Source: Paraphysomonas bandaiensis
Lineage: Eukaryota > Protista > Chrysophyceae
DNA: 64,000 nt
Direction: 5' to 3'
Assembly (NCBI GenBank): GCA_965644295.1
Contig: CBFFRP010000289.1
Location: forward strand, 870 to 64,869
A program made the position numbers and the translations under genes. Under the pieces are notes generated by a model. The model made no database searches, was not told the origin of the DNA, and saw nothing but the letters and a program-made list of their open reading frames with translations. Positions 63,236 through 64,000 of this stretch are shown piece by piece (position 1 is the stretch's first letter; every line of letters begins with the position of its first letter).

Positions 63236-64000
63236 GGGTTAGGGTTAGTGGAAGATACTTCTTGATTAATCGATTAGGGTTAGGGTTAGGGTTATAGGCT
63301 GATCCCAAACTATTCGATTAGGGTTAGGGTTAGGGTTGGTTAGGGTTAGGGTTAGGGTTAGGGTTAGGGTTAGGGTTAGGGTTAGGGTTAGGGTTAGGGT
63401 TAGGGTTAGGGTTAGGGTTAGGGTTAGGGTTAGGGTTAGGGTTAGGGTTAGGGTTAGGGTTAGGGTTAGGGTTAGGGTTAGGGTTAGGGTTAGGGTTAGG
63501 GTTAGGGTTAGGGTTAGGGTTAGGGTTAGGGTTAGGGTTAGGGTTAGGGTTAGGGTTAGGGTTAGGGTTAGGGTTAGGGTTAGGGTTAGGGTTAGGGTTA
63601 GGGTTAGGGTTAGGGTTAGGGTTAGGGTTAGGGTTAGGGTTAGGGTTAGGGTTAGGGTTAGGGTTAGGGTTAGGGTTAGGGTTAGGGTTAGGGTTAGGGT
63701 TAGGGTTAGGGTTAGGGTTAGGGTTAGGGTTAGGGTTAGGGTTAGGGTTAGGGTTAGGGTTAGGGTTAGGGTTAGGGTTAGGGTTAGGGTTAGGGTTAGG
63801 GTTAGGGTTAGGGTTAGGGTTAGGGTTAGGGTTAGGGTTAGGGTTAGGGTTAGGGTTAGGGTTAGGGTTAGGGTTAGGGTTAGGGTTAGGGTTAGGGTTA
63901 GGGTTAGGGTTAGGGTTAGGGTTAGGGTTAGGGTTAGGGTTAGGGTTAGGGTTAGGGTTAGGGTTAGGGTTAGGGTTAGGGTTAGGGTTAGGGTTAGGGT
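63236..64000 (+). repeat. Telomere (TTAGGG)n with interrupted proximal zone
   Basis: Pure array from about 63340 to the window end; interspersed non-telomeric fragments at 63249-63317. Confidence 0.98.

Overview
AT-rich eukaryotic chromosome end with compact genes and short GT-AG introns, finishing in a (TTAGGG)n telomere (about 63236-64000). The gene set (GPCR-PIP kinase fusion, Sec-type MsrA, full-size ABCG, two-pore channel) suggests a stramenopile-like protist; this is an inference. About 17 protein genes are supported. They include an MTD1-type methylene-THF dehydrogenase, NBS1, a RING1-like E3, a UGA-containing selenoprotein MsrA, GRX3/PICOT, a GRIP golgin, a REX1-B-like protein, a putative divergent AP2-type factor, and a GPCR-PIPK that stops about 110 bp before the first telomeric repeat. 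Intergenic DNA is rich in mobile elements. These are a young, internally deleted Copia element and solo LTRs with non-canonical TATT...TATT ends, hAT derivatives including a 78-bp MITE, and a dispersed 3'-anchored retroposon-like family carrying a covarying structured RNA motif. Highlights: the structured retroposon motif, the non-canonical LTR termini, Sec-MsrA with an atypical SECIS-like hairpin, and a patchwork gene/telomere junction. Exon boundaries and protein family calls were made by eye, without database searches.
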